64,000 bases of DNA from Stramenopiles sp. TOSAG23-2. Lineage: Eukaryota. Positions 11,735 through 22,754 of this stretch are shown here, one piece after another. The notes beneath the pieces were generated by a model, which searched no databases, was not told the DNA's origin, and saw only the letters and a program-made list of their open reading frames with translations. A program made the position numbers and the translations under genes. Position 1 is the first letter of the stretch, and every line of letters begins with the position of its first letter. The DNA lies in NCBI GenBank assembly GCA_900128395.1, contig LT649243.1:1-64000 (forward strand), in the 5' to 3' direction.

Positions 11735-12052
11735 ATGTGTACAGGTGAACGATCCAATGTATGGGGAACTAGAGACTTCAAGAATGTATATGAAGAACCT
11801 GCATGTTTAAGGCGTAGTGTAAGTATTCCAAAAATCAACTAATAATGGATAAATTATTATTTATTATTGTCTTTTCTATTTAAATAAGAAACTACTTTTT
11901 GGACCACTCTAACAAATTAAATTATTTCATAATATTTCTGTATGTACACATAGGATCCATTTGGAGATACGTGTACTCGACGAACAATTATAGGATTTGG
12001 TGTAGCTATTGCTACAACTGTATTTACATTTTATGCCACAATCAATGTATAA
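11735..12052 (+). CDS. Small two-exon protein (about 60 aa) with a C-terminal hydrophobic helix; exons 11735-11818 and 11954-12052; not in the ORF track
   Basis: GTAAGT donor at 11819, CTAAC branch-like motif near 11910, TAG acceptor at 11951-11953. Splicing keeps the frame: MCTGERSNVWGTRDFKNVYEEPACLRRS|DPFGDTCTRRTIIGFGVAIATTVFTFYATINV*. An extra upstream exon is possible. Confidence 0.6.
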
Positions 12053-12371
12053 TTTATATCAATTGATATACAACCGTTTTTGAAGCTTGATTATATATAT
12101 ATAGCATTAGCATAGGCACATAGAGGGCATTTATTTATTATTTTTAACGAAGAAGAAAACGAAATAATAATTTATAAATTATATGAAATGTCACCATGTA
12201 TTACCGAGTGTGTAAAAATATTTTTTTGTGCGTATGTTACAAATATATAAAAATTTATAAAAAAAATATTTTCTAGAGATTATAAATAAATTGTGTACAC
12301 TTCTGAATAAATGAAGAGAAACATTTATTCCTTTTTTAGATCCATCATTTAACATCGTTATCATTATTTTT

Positions 12372-13607
12372 TCAACCTATAAATTTTGTTTGGAAAAAAT
12401 TCGTAATCGAAGCTCTACCAAAATCAGTCATGATGCCATTTGGTTTATACACATTTTTATCTTTTCGTGCTTCTGCCTCCAATCTTTCTGTACGTGCTAT
12501 GGCAGCTAATTTACATTTTTCAGCACAATATTGATATCCTAAAATATGCAATAATTGTTCTCGGGTTTGATCTGCTAATTGTTCTTCAAATACAAATTCT
12601 GGACGATCATCTATTTCATCTTGATCATCAACAATATCGGAGCCAGCAAAACTATTTTTTCTAGAACGATTTGTACGCGATGTGTTTTTCGATGAAGTTC
12701 TTCCACCTTTACTATTATTACTACGACCAGTGTTAAAACTTTCTTTTCTTGATCTAGATGTAGCCCTAGATCGAGATGTCGTCCTTGATGTGTGTCTGGA
12801 GGATGAACGTTGACTTCTTGATGGTATGGGTGCAAATAAATATTTACTACCACGAACCATTTCTCTCATTTCATCATCACTAACTAATTTATCAACTTCT
12901 GTCCTAAAATTACCAATGTGAATCGTTGAAAATGTATGCAATGCACTTTCACTTTGTGAAGAACGCAATTCTTGTGTTGCATTTAATCGTTCAAGTAATT
13001 TTAACTCTTTACTCATTCCGAAAATTGCTCTACGTAACGCATTGCGTTTCAAACGTTGTTGTTTTCTTTCTAACGATGGCAATGTTCCAATCCCATCTTT
13101 ACGTAATAATTGTGCTGAGTTTTTAATTGACATTCCAAAACTAGCACATGATCCTAGGCGCATTCTAAATGTCGTTGGATCACGATCATATACATCTTTA
13201 TGTCTAACAACAAATGATGGTTGCAAATCGTTTTGTGCTTTGGAAAATTTTTTAATTTTTTGACTATTTGATAATTTTGCATAGACACCCCAACTACCCA
13301 TGGATGGATCTGGAATGGTTTCCTCTGGTACATAAAATGTTTTAATATTAGATGTTCTCATATATCGTTTTTTACGTTCAATAGGTTTTAATTTAGATGG
13401 TTCATGTTCTTCCATATTAACGATGGATTCCATCAATGCTGTGTGTCCAACTGGTCCAATTTTCTCCAATCTTCTTGCATCACGTACAGATGGTGATTCC
13501 GGTCGCTTCGCAAGTGGTACAAATTTATTTCGTGTCATCCATGTTGGGCAATTTTGACTAACGGCACTATCATCCAATTCTCCCGGGCCTAATATTATTT
13601 GTGACAT
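12372..13607 (-). CDS. Hypothetical protein (about 411 aa) with a Ser/Arg-rich region
   Basis: Long ORF. Likely start is MSQIILG at 13607, just after an acceptor-like ttttgtag; the ORF-track N-terminus is TA-repeat-derived. No family recognised. Confidence 0.7.
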   Translation of the reverse strand: MSQIILGPGELDDSAVSQNCPTWMTRNKFVPLAKRPESPSVRDARRLEKIGPVGHTALMESIVNMEEHEPSKLKPIERKKRYMRTSNIKTFYVPEETIPDPSMGSWGVYAKLSNSQKIKKFSKAQNDLQPSFVVRHKDVYDRDPTTFRMRLGSCASFGMSIKNSAQLLRKDGIGTLPSLERKQQRLKRNALRRAIFGMSKELKLLERLNATQELRSSQSESALHTFSTIHIGNFRTEVDKLVSDDEMREMVRGSKYLFAPIPSRSQRSSSRHTSRTTSRSRATSRSRKESFNTGRSNNSKGGRTSSKNTSRTNRSRKNSFAGSDIVDDQDEIDDRPEFVFEEQLADQTREQLLHILGYQYCAEKCKLAAIARTERLEAEARKDKNVYKPNGIMTDFGRASITNFFQTKFIG

Positions 13608-13791
13608 GGCTTCCTTTCTACAAAACAACAAAAAAACTAATAACAATATATATATATATATGTATATTTCTATATGTTCAATGATCAATTCTTTATACAA
13701 TTACTAATGCTTTACAATCAAGAACTATTCTATTTCTATGCATGCATACACATACAGAGAGAGAGAGAGACTACTAAAAAGTTTGCATATT

Positions 13792-13981
13792 GCTTTATCC
13801 TGTCTACTTACACACACACACACATCCTACATCAATATTATATATACGTAGTATGTAATATTTGTCCTAAAAAAAGCCAAAAAGCAGCTTTATCCTGTCT
13901 ACTTACACACACACACACATCCTACATCAATATTATATATACGTAGTATGTAATATTTGTCCTAAAAAAAGCCAAAAAGCA
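13792..13981. repeat. Direct tandem duplication, 2 x 95 bp, containing (CA)n
   Basis: gctttatcctgtctacttacacac...cctaaaaaaagccaaaaagca occurs at 13792-13886 and 13887-13981. Confidence 0.9.
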
Positions 13982-14190
13982 AATGGCAAAATTCGCTCGC
14001 AAATTCGCAACATTCTTCCCAAAAACCCACACTAGCATGGGCACACCATTGTCAAAGGTTCCGTTATATCATTTTTTTAGCATTTTTATATATGTATACG
14101 AGGACGTATAATACGAGGACTTATTACTATCAACCTGAAAATTTATATGACAAAAAGGAAAAAGGCAAACGTTGATGAAGCGTATTGTGC

Positions 14191-14374
14191 TATTGTAATT
14201 TCCCTATTTCAAGTATAAATTATGTCGTCATTTTTGCACATTTGTCATTTTCTAATATTGTCAATTTTGTCATTTTATTTGTCATTTGATAGGTAATTTC
14301 TATGAATTCGGGAGTATTTATTTTTCTGATATTCTAATTTCCCTATTTCAAGTATAGATTAGTGTCATTTGATA
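14191..14374. repeat. Imperfect dispersed direct repeat (about 40 bp) with tgtcattt sub-repeats
   Basis: taatttccctatttcaagtata occurs near 14196 and near 14335. Confidence 0.7.
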
Positions 14375-14475
14375 GTGGAAATCCGAAATCCGCCGAGAAC
14401 TATACTAAAATAAACAAGTAACAACAAACTGACACATCTCAATATAAATACATGATGTATATATATATATATTGA

Positions 14476-14691
14476 TACAAATGGATTTCACATGGGAAAA
14501 CATATTGGTTCAATACAATAACAAATGAATCAACTTGGGACAATCCAATTGCGGATAAAGATAGGATTCCAGAAATGAAGCGTATTTACTGCGAAACCAT
14601 GAAATGCCTTGGACACAATACTGGTCGACATTTTTTATTTTTTTTTGCGTCAATCTGTCGTCAGTCATGTAATATACCTTCAACGCAATAA
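14476..14691 (+). pseudogene. WW-domain fragment, either a relic or an unlinked exon
   Basis: Frame reads YKWISHGKTYWFNTITNESTWDNP, matching the WW consensus G..YY.N..T..S.W..P. It has an upstream in-frame TGA and no ATG before the motif. Confidence 0.5.
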
Positions 14692-14938
14692 TATGAATGT
14701 ATATCCACTCAACACGTATTTATATTAAATTTATGGATATATATATACCTACTATACATTAATGTATATATGTTCATGTTTTATGATGAGATGCATGCAT
14801 ATATTGATATATTTATTTGTACTGAAACAACAACGAATAATATCTTTTTTTTCTCATAAAAGTTAGTATAGCAAACGTATACCAAAAATCGTGCTATATA
14901 TTCCTATATATAATTGACCTGCTTTTTTTTTTGAGAAC

Positions 14939-15136
14939 AACCCTGAGAAAACTGTACACTTAACAAATAACACTATTCACTATGGGAAATATTTATGTAT
15001 ATATCGTTTTCTAAAATGCCAATTTTATTTTTCATATAATTTTTGTAAAAAATAGCAAATATCCGAAAATATAGAAAAAATGATTGAATATTTCCCCCAT
15101 AGTGAATAGTGTTAAGTGCACAGTTTTCTCACGGTT
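14939..15136. mobile_element. MITE-like element: about 200 bp with ~50-bp imperfect terminal inverted repeats
   Basis: Left arm is tgagaaaactgtacacttaaca(aataaca)ctattcactatgggaaatatt. Reverse complement of the right arm is tgagaaaactgtgcacttaacactattcactatgggggaaatatt. Interior is AT-rich and non-coding. No clear target-site duplication. Confidence 0.6.
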
Positions 15137-15561
15137 TGTGGTAAGCACGTAAGCTCGATCCATATTAATATTATTATTGATGGATAAAAGTATTATATGG
15201 GCTCTAGGTATAGGTAGCAGGCCCAGCAGGGAAGAACCAGAGAAAGAACGAAGGGAATCGAGAGATAAAAATAATGATGTGAAGGTGTTGTATAAATAAT
15301 CTAATAAAATAGGTTGTTGTTGTTGAAGATTTTTTAGATGATTACATCAGGTATTGAATATATACATTACATTTTAATATATAGTATAAGAATTTCTTTC
15401 TAAATATATCATATCATTTGTGATTCTGTTCTGGGTATGCGTGTATGAATTATTACATTCTTCATTATTCTTTTTTTGTTTTGGTTTGATAATATTAATA
15501 TTATTATACGTTAGTTCTTCTTCATTTTTGAATATATATATAAATATATAAATATATAAAT

Positions 15562-18500
15562 ATGACAAATAGATGCCCAGAATGTGAAATGCACCTATAT
15601 CCACGACCAAAAAAGGAAGTGACACATGAAAGATTTGATAGTAGTAAATTGATTCAATATGAGTTTCAAGATACAAATGTGAAACATGCTTCAAGTATGG
15701 AAAATATGTTTGATACCTCATTTATAGCAATTGGATTGCCACCTGGTTGGTCTGATAGTACCATACAAAATTTTTATAAACATTTAATAATGAAATCTGT
15801 TAAACATTTATATATGAATAATAAAAACAAAAGTAATCATAACAATAATATATCAATACCTACTACAATTAAGAGCACAAAAAATATACATGTGAAGATA
15901 TTACATCATACTAATGATGTAAAGCTGATTTCTATTAGCATTTTTACGAAAAAAAGTGTACAACCACAACAACTAGGCAACGTGAAAAATCAAAAGTTTA
16001 TAAATAATGTGATTGATATGTTTTTTCATTTGCAGATTGATAAAGGATCAATTGAGTTTTTAGAAAAAGTACAAAGTTTTGTAATACAAGTTCATTCTTG
16101 CCCTTTTTGTGAATTATTTAACTTAACGAAAGAATTATCGTGGAGCAGTAACCATATCAACAACAATAACGGCTCTTCTCCTACTGTTAACTCTGCGGAT
16201 GATAAAATTCATTACAGAGCTTTTGAAGCGCTTTATAGTTTGCAACATTTTGATTTACCACCAAATGCAATGAAGAAAAAAGAAATGGCAAAAGCAATAA
16301 TGTTTACGGAAAAAAAAATAAATGATTTTACAAATGATTTAAATGCTGTTTTGAAAATTAGAGCCGGGTCGCGTCCTTCCATCTTCGATATCAACCAGAG
16401 CCAGCCAACAACAAATTCAAGCTTATATTTAAATCGTAAACAATTTGCTGATCTGTATGTAAGCTTACACTTTCATTTAGGAGGTCCACGTTGTGACGTA
16501 ACAAATGTACAGCAATTTTTTAGTTCCAGTACGCCTTGCAAATATACACCTCCACCAATATTAAAAAACCGTGATAATAATACTACGTCATCTCGAAATC
16601 GATTAGCAAATTCAGTATTACAGCCAAGTACAGAAGATAAACGAATGTGGCAAGCTGCATCTGTACAAGCAATGCGTTTGAAAAACAATTCGTTTTTCAA
16701 TATATGCCCCGTCCAATTTTTAAATAGTTTGCACAGAAAAATGAAACCGTTTATGATGTTTTTTAAACAGAGTATAATGTTAAGTGAGAAAAGGCAACAA
16801 TTTGCTACTATAAGTGATAGTGAAATTTATGAAACAATATCAATGATTCCAAAATTACAACATTTACGTACTTACATTATTTTGATGTTAAAACATTTTA
16901 TACAAATAAAGCAACTAGAGGATGGAGTTTTCACGGAATTGCAATTTGTAGCATTTTTTTTAGCATGTTCATATTCAACAAAGTATGAAAATCTAGAGGT
17001 TGTGTCTGATGGATTTCATTTAGGTAATTTACGATTAAAAGCAACAAAAATAAATAAAATTGAAGATCCTAAAGTCTTCTTGGCTGGTGAATGTCGCATG
17101 TTTATGTACTGGTTAAGCCTTGGCTTTAACACTTCTACGCAAAATATTAGTACTACAAGTTTTCTATATGAATTGTTCAAACAATGGACGCTTGTTCACG
17201 ATATTGGTTTAATATGTAAGCATTCATACCGCGTATTTTTCCCACCACAATATTTTATGAATACAAGAATGCAGAGTCATAATTATGTTAGAGTTAGTGG
17301 TCTTGAACAAGCAAATGCAAAAAGGGAAGAAAAATATTCCAATAATACTATGTATCGCTTGAAGCGTATTTTGTATTATAGCATAAATTTTTTCTTGATG
17401 TTCATGCAAGGACTTTTATATTCAGATTATTGGATATCAAGTGTTGATACTATGCTATCTAAAGGTGATATGACACCTATGAAAGTGTTTGCAGACGAGT
17501 ATATATCATTTTGCTTTGAAGTTGATATAGTTCGTGCGTTTAATCTAGCTGTGTTTGTTACAATATTTAGTATTCTTCGAGCAATAGAAATTGTATATTC
17601 AAGATTTTTAGTAAAACCAGGTGATGTCGACCAGCATCGACTATATAGAGCATTAAAGTATTCTAGATTAGAATTTCTATTGTACGGAAGTGGTAAATCA
17701 AAACTGGTAAAAGTTGATTATGCCTTGAATGAATATATTCTTGACAAGAAATTGAATCGACAGCTTAAGGAATCCCAATCTACGAACTATTATAAAGAAT
17801 ATGCGACATTGATTGCTTTTAGAAAAACTGCTAGCGTTTCTACCTTGATGTTGTTCTTTTTACGAATAAGCATGTTCACTACGTTGTTTTTCTTAACTGG
17901 TTTTAGTGTAGATTGGTGGAGATTTCGAACAAAGCAAACTTGCAACCAGGCTTGGACATGGGCTTATAGCATTAGTATATTTATTGCATATTTTATGATG
18001 GGATCCATTGCATTGAATATTTACATTGAAACCTGTAGTATAAAACTGGGTATAATTCGATTTACAGCAATGACAGATCCTTTTCAAGCGTTGAAAAAAA
18101 CCAGAAGCGGTGGAAATTTACGAGAAAATCGTAAATTTATTAGATTCCCTGGTTATGTCGATTTATCAAATTTGAGGAATGTTATTGCATGGAATAAAAT
18201 GAGAAGTTTTTTATTGCTCAACACAAACCAACGATTTAAAAACATACAAAGACGAGCTTTATTTCTATTCTTTATAATTTTGTGTTCTGGAATACTACGC
18301 ATATGGCGATTCGATCTGGAGCAAAATGGGGAATTGGTGACTACTGATGTAGTAGAAAAAGAAGATTTTATATTAACATTGATTGCCGCATTCTTGTCAA
18401 TTCCAACTTTCTTTTTTATACTAGAATGTGCGAATATAAATGATTTATTGGAATCACACGATACATTAATTGCCAGAAATATATATCGTTGCGAAAACAT

Positions 18501-18834
18501 ATACAGAGACTCAAAGAAACATTACTCTCAAATGAATAAAAAATCGATTAACAAAGAATTGTCCCATAGAAAGCGCATTGATGGCAAGTATTTAATAAAC
18601 GAAAATAGCACGGGGAATAAGTCTAATGTATATAATAAAACCTCATCATCGGAAATGTCACTAATGGTTGAAAATATCAAATTACTAAAAGCATCATTAG
18701 AATTATTGAGTTATCGCCGAGATCATGTGAAATTATTTGGCGTTGCGGTAACTCGAAATTTACTAATAGGTGCACTTGGTGTATTTGTTTCAATTATGCC
18801 AAATGTAGTCAAGAGCGTTACAAATGTTAATTAG
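15562..18834 (+). CDS. Multi-pass membrane protein, PHTF-like (7TM ion channel superfamily)
   Basis: C-terminal TM helices. PGYVDLSNLRNVIAWNKMRSFL resembles the PHTF NIKMWLSLRSYL motif. LLKASLELLSYRRDHVKLFGVAVTRNLL resembles the PHTF/GR-like terminal motif. Confidence 0.65.
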   Translation: MTNRCPECEMHLYPRPKKEVTHERFDSSKLIQYEFQDTNVKHASSMENMFDTSFIAIGLPPGWSDSTIQNFYKHLIMKSVKHLYMNNKNKSNHNNNISIPTTIKSTKNIHVKILHHTNDVKLISISIFTKKSVQPQQLGNVKNQKFINNVIDMFFHLQIDKGSIEFLEKVQSFVIQVHSCPFCELFNLTKELSWSSNHINNNNGSSPTVNSADDKIHYRAFEALYSLQHFDLPPNAMKKKEMAKAIMFTEKKINDFTNDLNAVLKIRAGSRPSIFDINQSQPTTNSSLYLNRKQFADLYVSLHFHLGGPRCDVTNVQQFFSSSTPCKYTPPPILKNRDNNTTSSRNRLANSVLQPSTEDKRMWQAASVQAMRLKNNSFFNICPVQFLNSLHRKMKPFMMFFKQSIMLSEKRQQFATISDSEIYETISMIPKLQHLRTYIILMLKHFIQIKQLEDGVFTELQFVAFFLACSYSTKYENLEVVSDGFHLGNLRLKATKINKIEDPKVFLAGECRMFMYWLSLGFNTSTQNISTTSFLYELFKQWTLVHDIGLICKHSYRVFFPPQYFMNTRMQSHNYVRVSGLEQANAKREEKYSNNTMYRLKRILYYSINFFLMFMQGLLYSDYWISSVDTMLSKGDMTPMKVFADEYISFCFEVDIVRAFNLAVFVTIFSILRAIEIVYSRFLVKPGDVDQHRLYRALKYSRLEFLLYGSGKSKLVKVDYALNEYILDKKLNRQLKESQSTNYYKEYATLIAFRKTASVSTLMLFFLRISMFTTLFFLTGFSVDWWRFRTKQTCNQAWTWAYSISIFIAYFMMGSIALNIYIETCSIKLGIIRFTAMTDPFQALKKTRSGGNLRENRKFIRFPGYVDLSNLRNVIAWNKMRSFLLLNTNQRFKNIQRRALFLFFIILCSGILRIWRFDLEQNGELVTTDVVEKEDFILTLIAAFLSIPTFFFILECANINDLLESHDTLIARNIYRCENIYRDSKKHYSQMNKKSINKELSHRKRIDGKYLINENSTGNKSNVYNKTSSSEMSLMVENIKLLKASLELLSYRRDHVKLFGVAVTRNLLIGALGVFVSIMPNVVKSVTNVN

Positions 18835-19416
18835 CAACAATATGTTGTGTAAACACTATCATACGAACTACGTACGACGTATTTATTGAATTCCATATAT
18901 ATATATATATACGACGTAGAGATGTTTATAACACATACTTTTTGGAGAGATCCCAGGGAGATCTTTTAATAATAGATATAATATACAAGTTTTTTAAAAG
19001 CTATCTAATACCAGTATACTGATATACCAATTAAATATATATACCTGATAAAGCCATGTTAAAAGAGGCCAGTATAAGTAACAGGAAAAATTAAAGAAAG
19101 ATTAAAATAAAAACTTATTCCTATATCTTTTAATATACTCTAAGCACACTAAGTACAGCGTGATAATAAATTGACAGAGACCAACAATCTTCTCTTCTTA
19201 TTATTATTATTTATCAAAAATATATTGAATATTGAATTAATTCTTTTTATTCACACTTATGCTTACGTCTAGGTATATTTATACAGATAGATAGAAAACC
19301 AATCAATAACCATCCATCCATTTATATATACGTCCTTTATATATTTGTGTGTGTGTGTGATTATTACCATATTCAAAATCCAATTGTACGTGAAAAAAAC
19401 AAACAAAAACGGAAAA

Positions 19417-20967
19417 ATGGCACCAGCAATCAAAGTAAAGATGCGCTATGCAGAAGGTGGAGAGGAATTGCATTACGTTATTAAATTTAAAGTACCGAAA
19501 AAATGGAAACCACAGACGACGGTAAAGTTAAAAGACCAATTTGTTGAAAGTTACAATGCAAAACATGGTGAGAAAAATATTTTGAAAGTTGAGGAAATAC
19601 ATTTAGTAACTAGCTCTGGAAAAATGTTATACGATGAGGATATTATTGAAAACACATTGTCCAAACGTGAAGATTTACAAGTAAAGCCTGGTGCTCCACC
19701 GAAAAAGAAAATAACACACTGGAGTCATCCGTCTGTAGCTGGTGCAAATAGAGCAAGTGGAGACAACAATTTAGGTGGCAGCACCTTAACATTCAACTAT
19801 TCTAAATGGGATAATTTGGATGTAAGCGATGAGGAGGAAGATGGTAAAGATTGTCATCCAAACATTGATAAGAAAAGTTGGGTACGTTTAAAAAAGCAAA
19901 AAAGAGAGGAGGAGAGAAGATTACAACGTGAAAAATTGGAAAAATTAACAAAAGATCGCGATGAGAAAAAGGAACGTTTGGAACGTATGAAGAAAAGCTT
20001 GCCGGAGAAAGAGCCAGAGGATGCTAGCGAAAAGGAATCGTATTATGAATTGCGACAAGAAATTCAAGATTTACAATTCAATTTGGACGATGCGGAAAAT
20101 GCTCTAGCAGATGCATTACGTAAGAAGAAATGGACGGCAGATGAATTGTGTGAAGTAAATGAAGATGTTACGACTAGTAATCCAAATAAAAATTCTACCA
20201 CGATGTTAACAACGACTGGTGGGACGAATAATAACAATAACGATTCCAATACATCCATGCCTGGCCCTGCGCCAATGCCATATGCTGATTACGATGACTA
20301 TGTCACTGCAAATGCTGGAATTATCCGTGGCTATGCTAAATTTACAGGGAAATATGATAAATATCGTGATTTTTTAATGTCCAACTTGGCCCTTTTGCAT
20401 GAGCATACTTGTGGTTATTTGCTACTCCTATGCTTAGATCATGAAATGAGTGGTAAACGCGAGGAAGCACGTTTAGTAGCACATAATTATCAAATCGTTC
20501 AGTTTATATTGGAACTAGCCACTGCAAATCTTTGGGATCCTCGTGATGCATTGCATGGGTTTTTTAAACGCATATATGATGATGTAAATCATGAGACATA
20601 TTTAAAAGGATTTAATATGGCAGTTGACGACTTTTTCAAAAAATTAATTGCAAGAGCAATTGAAAAGAAAGAAAAAGGGGAACCAAGTCCACTTGCTGAA
20701 GAGGTAAAAGCAAAGGAGTTACGACAGCAACAATTAGAAGAATTAGAAAATGAAGAACCTAGCAAAGTTGTAGTCGCTGAAGATGCGCCACTTGGACCTG
20801 GTGGTCTCTCTCCTCAAGAGGTTTTTGATAGTTTACCAGAGAAAATGCAAGAATGTTTTGCATCGCAAGATATACCACTGTTGCAAAAAGTGGTTGAGGA
20901 GATGCCTCAAGAGGAAGCTGCATATCATATGAAACGTTGTATTGATAGTGGCTTATGGGTACCATAA
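19417..20967 (+). CDS. CDC37: Hsp90 co-chaperone Cdc37 with a 125-aa N-terminal extension
   Basis: NYSKWDNLDVSDEE...HPNIDKKSW is the Cdc37 N-terminal motif. C-terminus GPGGLSPQEVFDSLP...HMKRCIDSGLWVP is also characteristic. First ATG at 19417. Confidence 0.92.
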   Translation: MAPAIKVKMRYAEGGEELHYVIKFKVPKKWKPQTTVKLKDQFVESYNAKHGEKNILKVEEIHLVTSSGKMLYDEDIIENTLSKREDLQVKPGAPPKKKITHWSHPSVAGANRASGDNNLGGSTLTFNYSKWDNLDVSDEEEDGKDCHPNIDKKSWVRLKKQKREEERRLQREKLEKLTKDRDEKKERLERMKKSLPEKEPEDASEKESYYELRQEIQDLQFNLDDAENALADALRKKKWTADELCEVNEDVTTSNPNKNSTTMLTTTGGTNNNNNDSNTSMPGPAPMPYADYDDYVTANAGIIRGYAKFTGKYDKYRDFLMSNLALLHEHTCGYLLLLCLDHEMSGKREEARLVAHNYQIVQFILELATANLWDPRDALHGFFKRIYDDVNHETYLKGFNMAVDDFFKKLIARAIEKKEKGEPSPLAEEVKAKELRQQQLEELENEEPSKVVVAEDAPLGPGGLSPQEVFDSLPEKMQECFASQDIPLLQKVVEEMPQEEAAYHMKRCIDSGLWVP

Positions 20968-21439
20968 AACAGCAGAGTGCAAGTGGAAAGGATGTGTGTT
21001 TGCGTGTGTGTGTAATGTGTAATACTCTCTCTCTAACTATACGCGCGTGTGGAAATTTTTTATACTAAATGAGATACGTAATATATTCACATTTTCTTTT
21101 GTATGTGTACCGCGTAACCAGAGATATTATTATCTACACACACATTTTATTTTTCTATTCTCCTATATATTGCACCTTCATTCAGTGGTGCCATCAACCG
21201 GCGTATAATCAATCTAACTCATCTCATATTCAGGCCCATATTAATATACTGTAACACATATCCTCTGTATATATTATATATATATATAATAATATCTTGT
21301 ATATATATAACAAGAATCTTACAATATATATATACAACAACAACCAACTGTGGTAACTCGTAAATAAACATATGACGTAATAGATAAAGTATCTTTTACA
21401 TTTAATTCTAACAAAAAAAATTTTAAATATAATACAATA

Positions 21440-22441
21440 ATGTCATCAGCTTTATTATTACTTGGTTCATTTTCCACCATTATATTATTAAACAAACGTC
21501 GTAAGCAGCATTTACACAAAAAAAAGAAACAAATCAATAATAATGTAAAAAAGAAGAAAAACCAACCAGAAGAATATCCTGTTTATTCTATTGGAACGGT
21601 GCGGTCGTGTTTTCGGGAATGTCGTGGCACGCCACGTCAAGGCTTATATGCACCATCTACACGTGGTAAAATTATATTGAAAAAACAAATCCCATCTAGC
21701 TCATTGGATGGATTAGAAAATTTTTCTCATGCTTGGATATTATTTATATTTCATATGAATACCAACTTTCATTTAACGAAACGTGCACATACGGATAAAA
21801 GTTATAACTTCAGACCAAAAATCAAACCACCAAAATTAAAAGGGAAGTCAATTGGTTTATTTGCAACACGAACTCCTCATCGACCAAATGCAGTTGGGAT
21901 TACATTAGCAAAAATTGAATCTATATCATTGAAAGAACGTGCTGTGTATATTTCCGCATTGGATTTGGCAGATGGAACTCCTGTTGTAGATATTAAACCA
22001 TATGTAACACCATATGACAGTGTTCCATCGGCTATTACACCATCATGGTGTGGAGAGGACATTAATTTACAACGTGCAAATGTTAAAATAGCGGAGGAAC
22101 AAAAGAAAATTATATACCAAGCAGCCTCGGAAGGCAAATTGAGGCATTATAATAATGGAGATGATATTTGTAAAACAATAATTGAATTATTGTCTACAGA
22201 TATACGGCCATTAACTTCATATACTACAAATAGAAAGAAAACGAAGAAAAAAACATGCCGATTTAGATTCGACATGTTGCGAGTTGGTTTTATGGTTGTG
22301 ACAGAAGAGAGTAACGATGAAAGTAATAACCCATCTACTACAAATTGTATTATTGTAAATGAAATTATTGTTGAAACAGAAAGAGATGAACGTGATATGT
22401 TGAAAGGAAAGAAACAAAGGTATCCGACAACAAACAAGTAA
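21440..22441 (+). CDS. TRMO: tRNA (t6A37) N6-methyltransferase TrmO/TsaA
   Basis: IGTVRSCF, GTPRQG, LDGLENFSHAWILFIFH, GLFATRTPHRPNAVG, LDLADGTPVVDIKPY. Confidence 0.92.
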   Translation: MSSALLLLGSFSTIILLNKRRKQHLHKKKKQINNNVKKKKNQPEEYPVYSIGTVRSCFRECRGTPRQGLYAPSTRGKIILKKQIPSSSLDGLENFSHAWILFIFHMNTNFHLTKRAHTDKSYNFRPKIKPPKLKGKSIGLFATRTPHRPNAVGITLAKIESISLKERAVYISALDLADGTPVVDIKPYVTPYDSVPSAITPSWCGEDINLQRANVKIAEEQKKIIYQAASEGKLRHYNNGDDICKTIIELLSTDIRPLTSYTTNRKKTKKKTCRFRFDMLRVGFMVVTEESNDESNNPSTTNCIIVNEIIVETERDERDMLKGKKQRYPTTNK

Positions 22442-22754
22442 ACAGACGAGAATCACATTAAAATTGTCTAGAAAACAAATATGCATACTCACGGTACAAA
22501 ATTTATCTACAGGGGGGTATACACATTAAAATAATTACATTAAAGTAAAAACAAAATAATATATTACTCTTCGTATATATTTCTATAAAATGTACGAGTA
22601 ATACGCACACTTTTGTGCACTTTATTTACGATTTCTCAAATAAAAAAAGCGAGAGACACTCGCGAGAAAAAGAAAAAATTGTACGTACCCACCACGATGG
22701 TGTGAAGATACATTCGTACATAATGCTATACATAATGCTATTGCATAAAATGCC

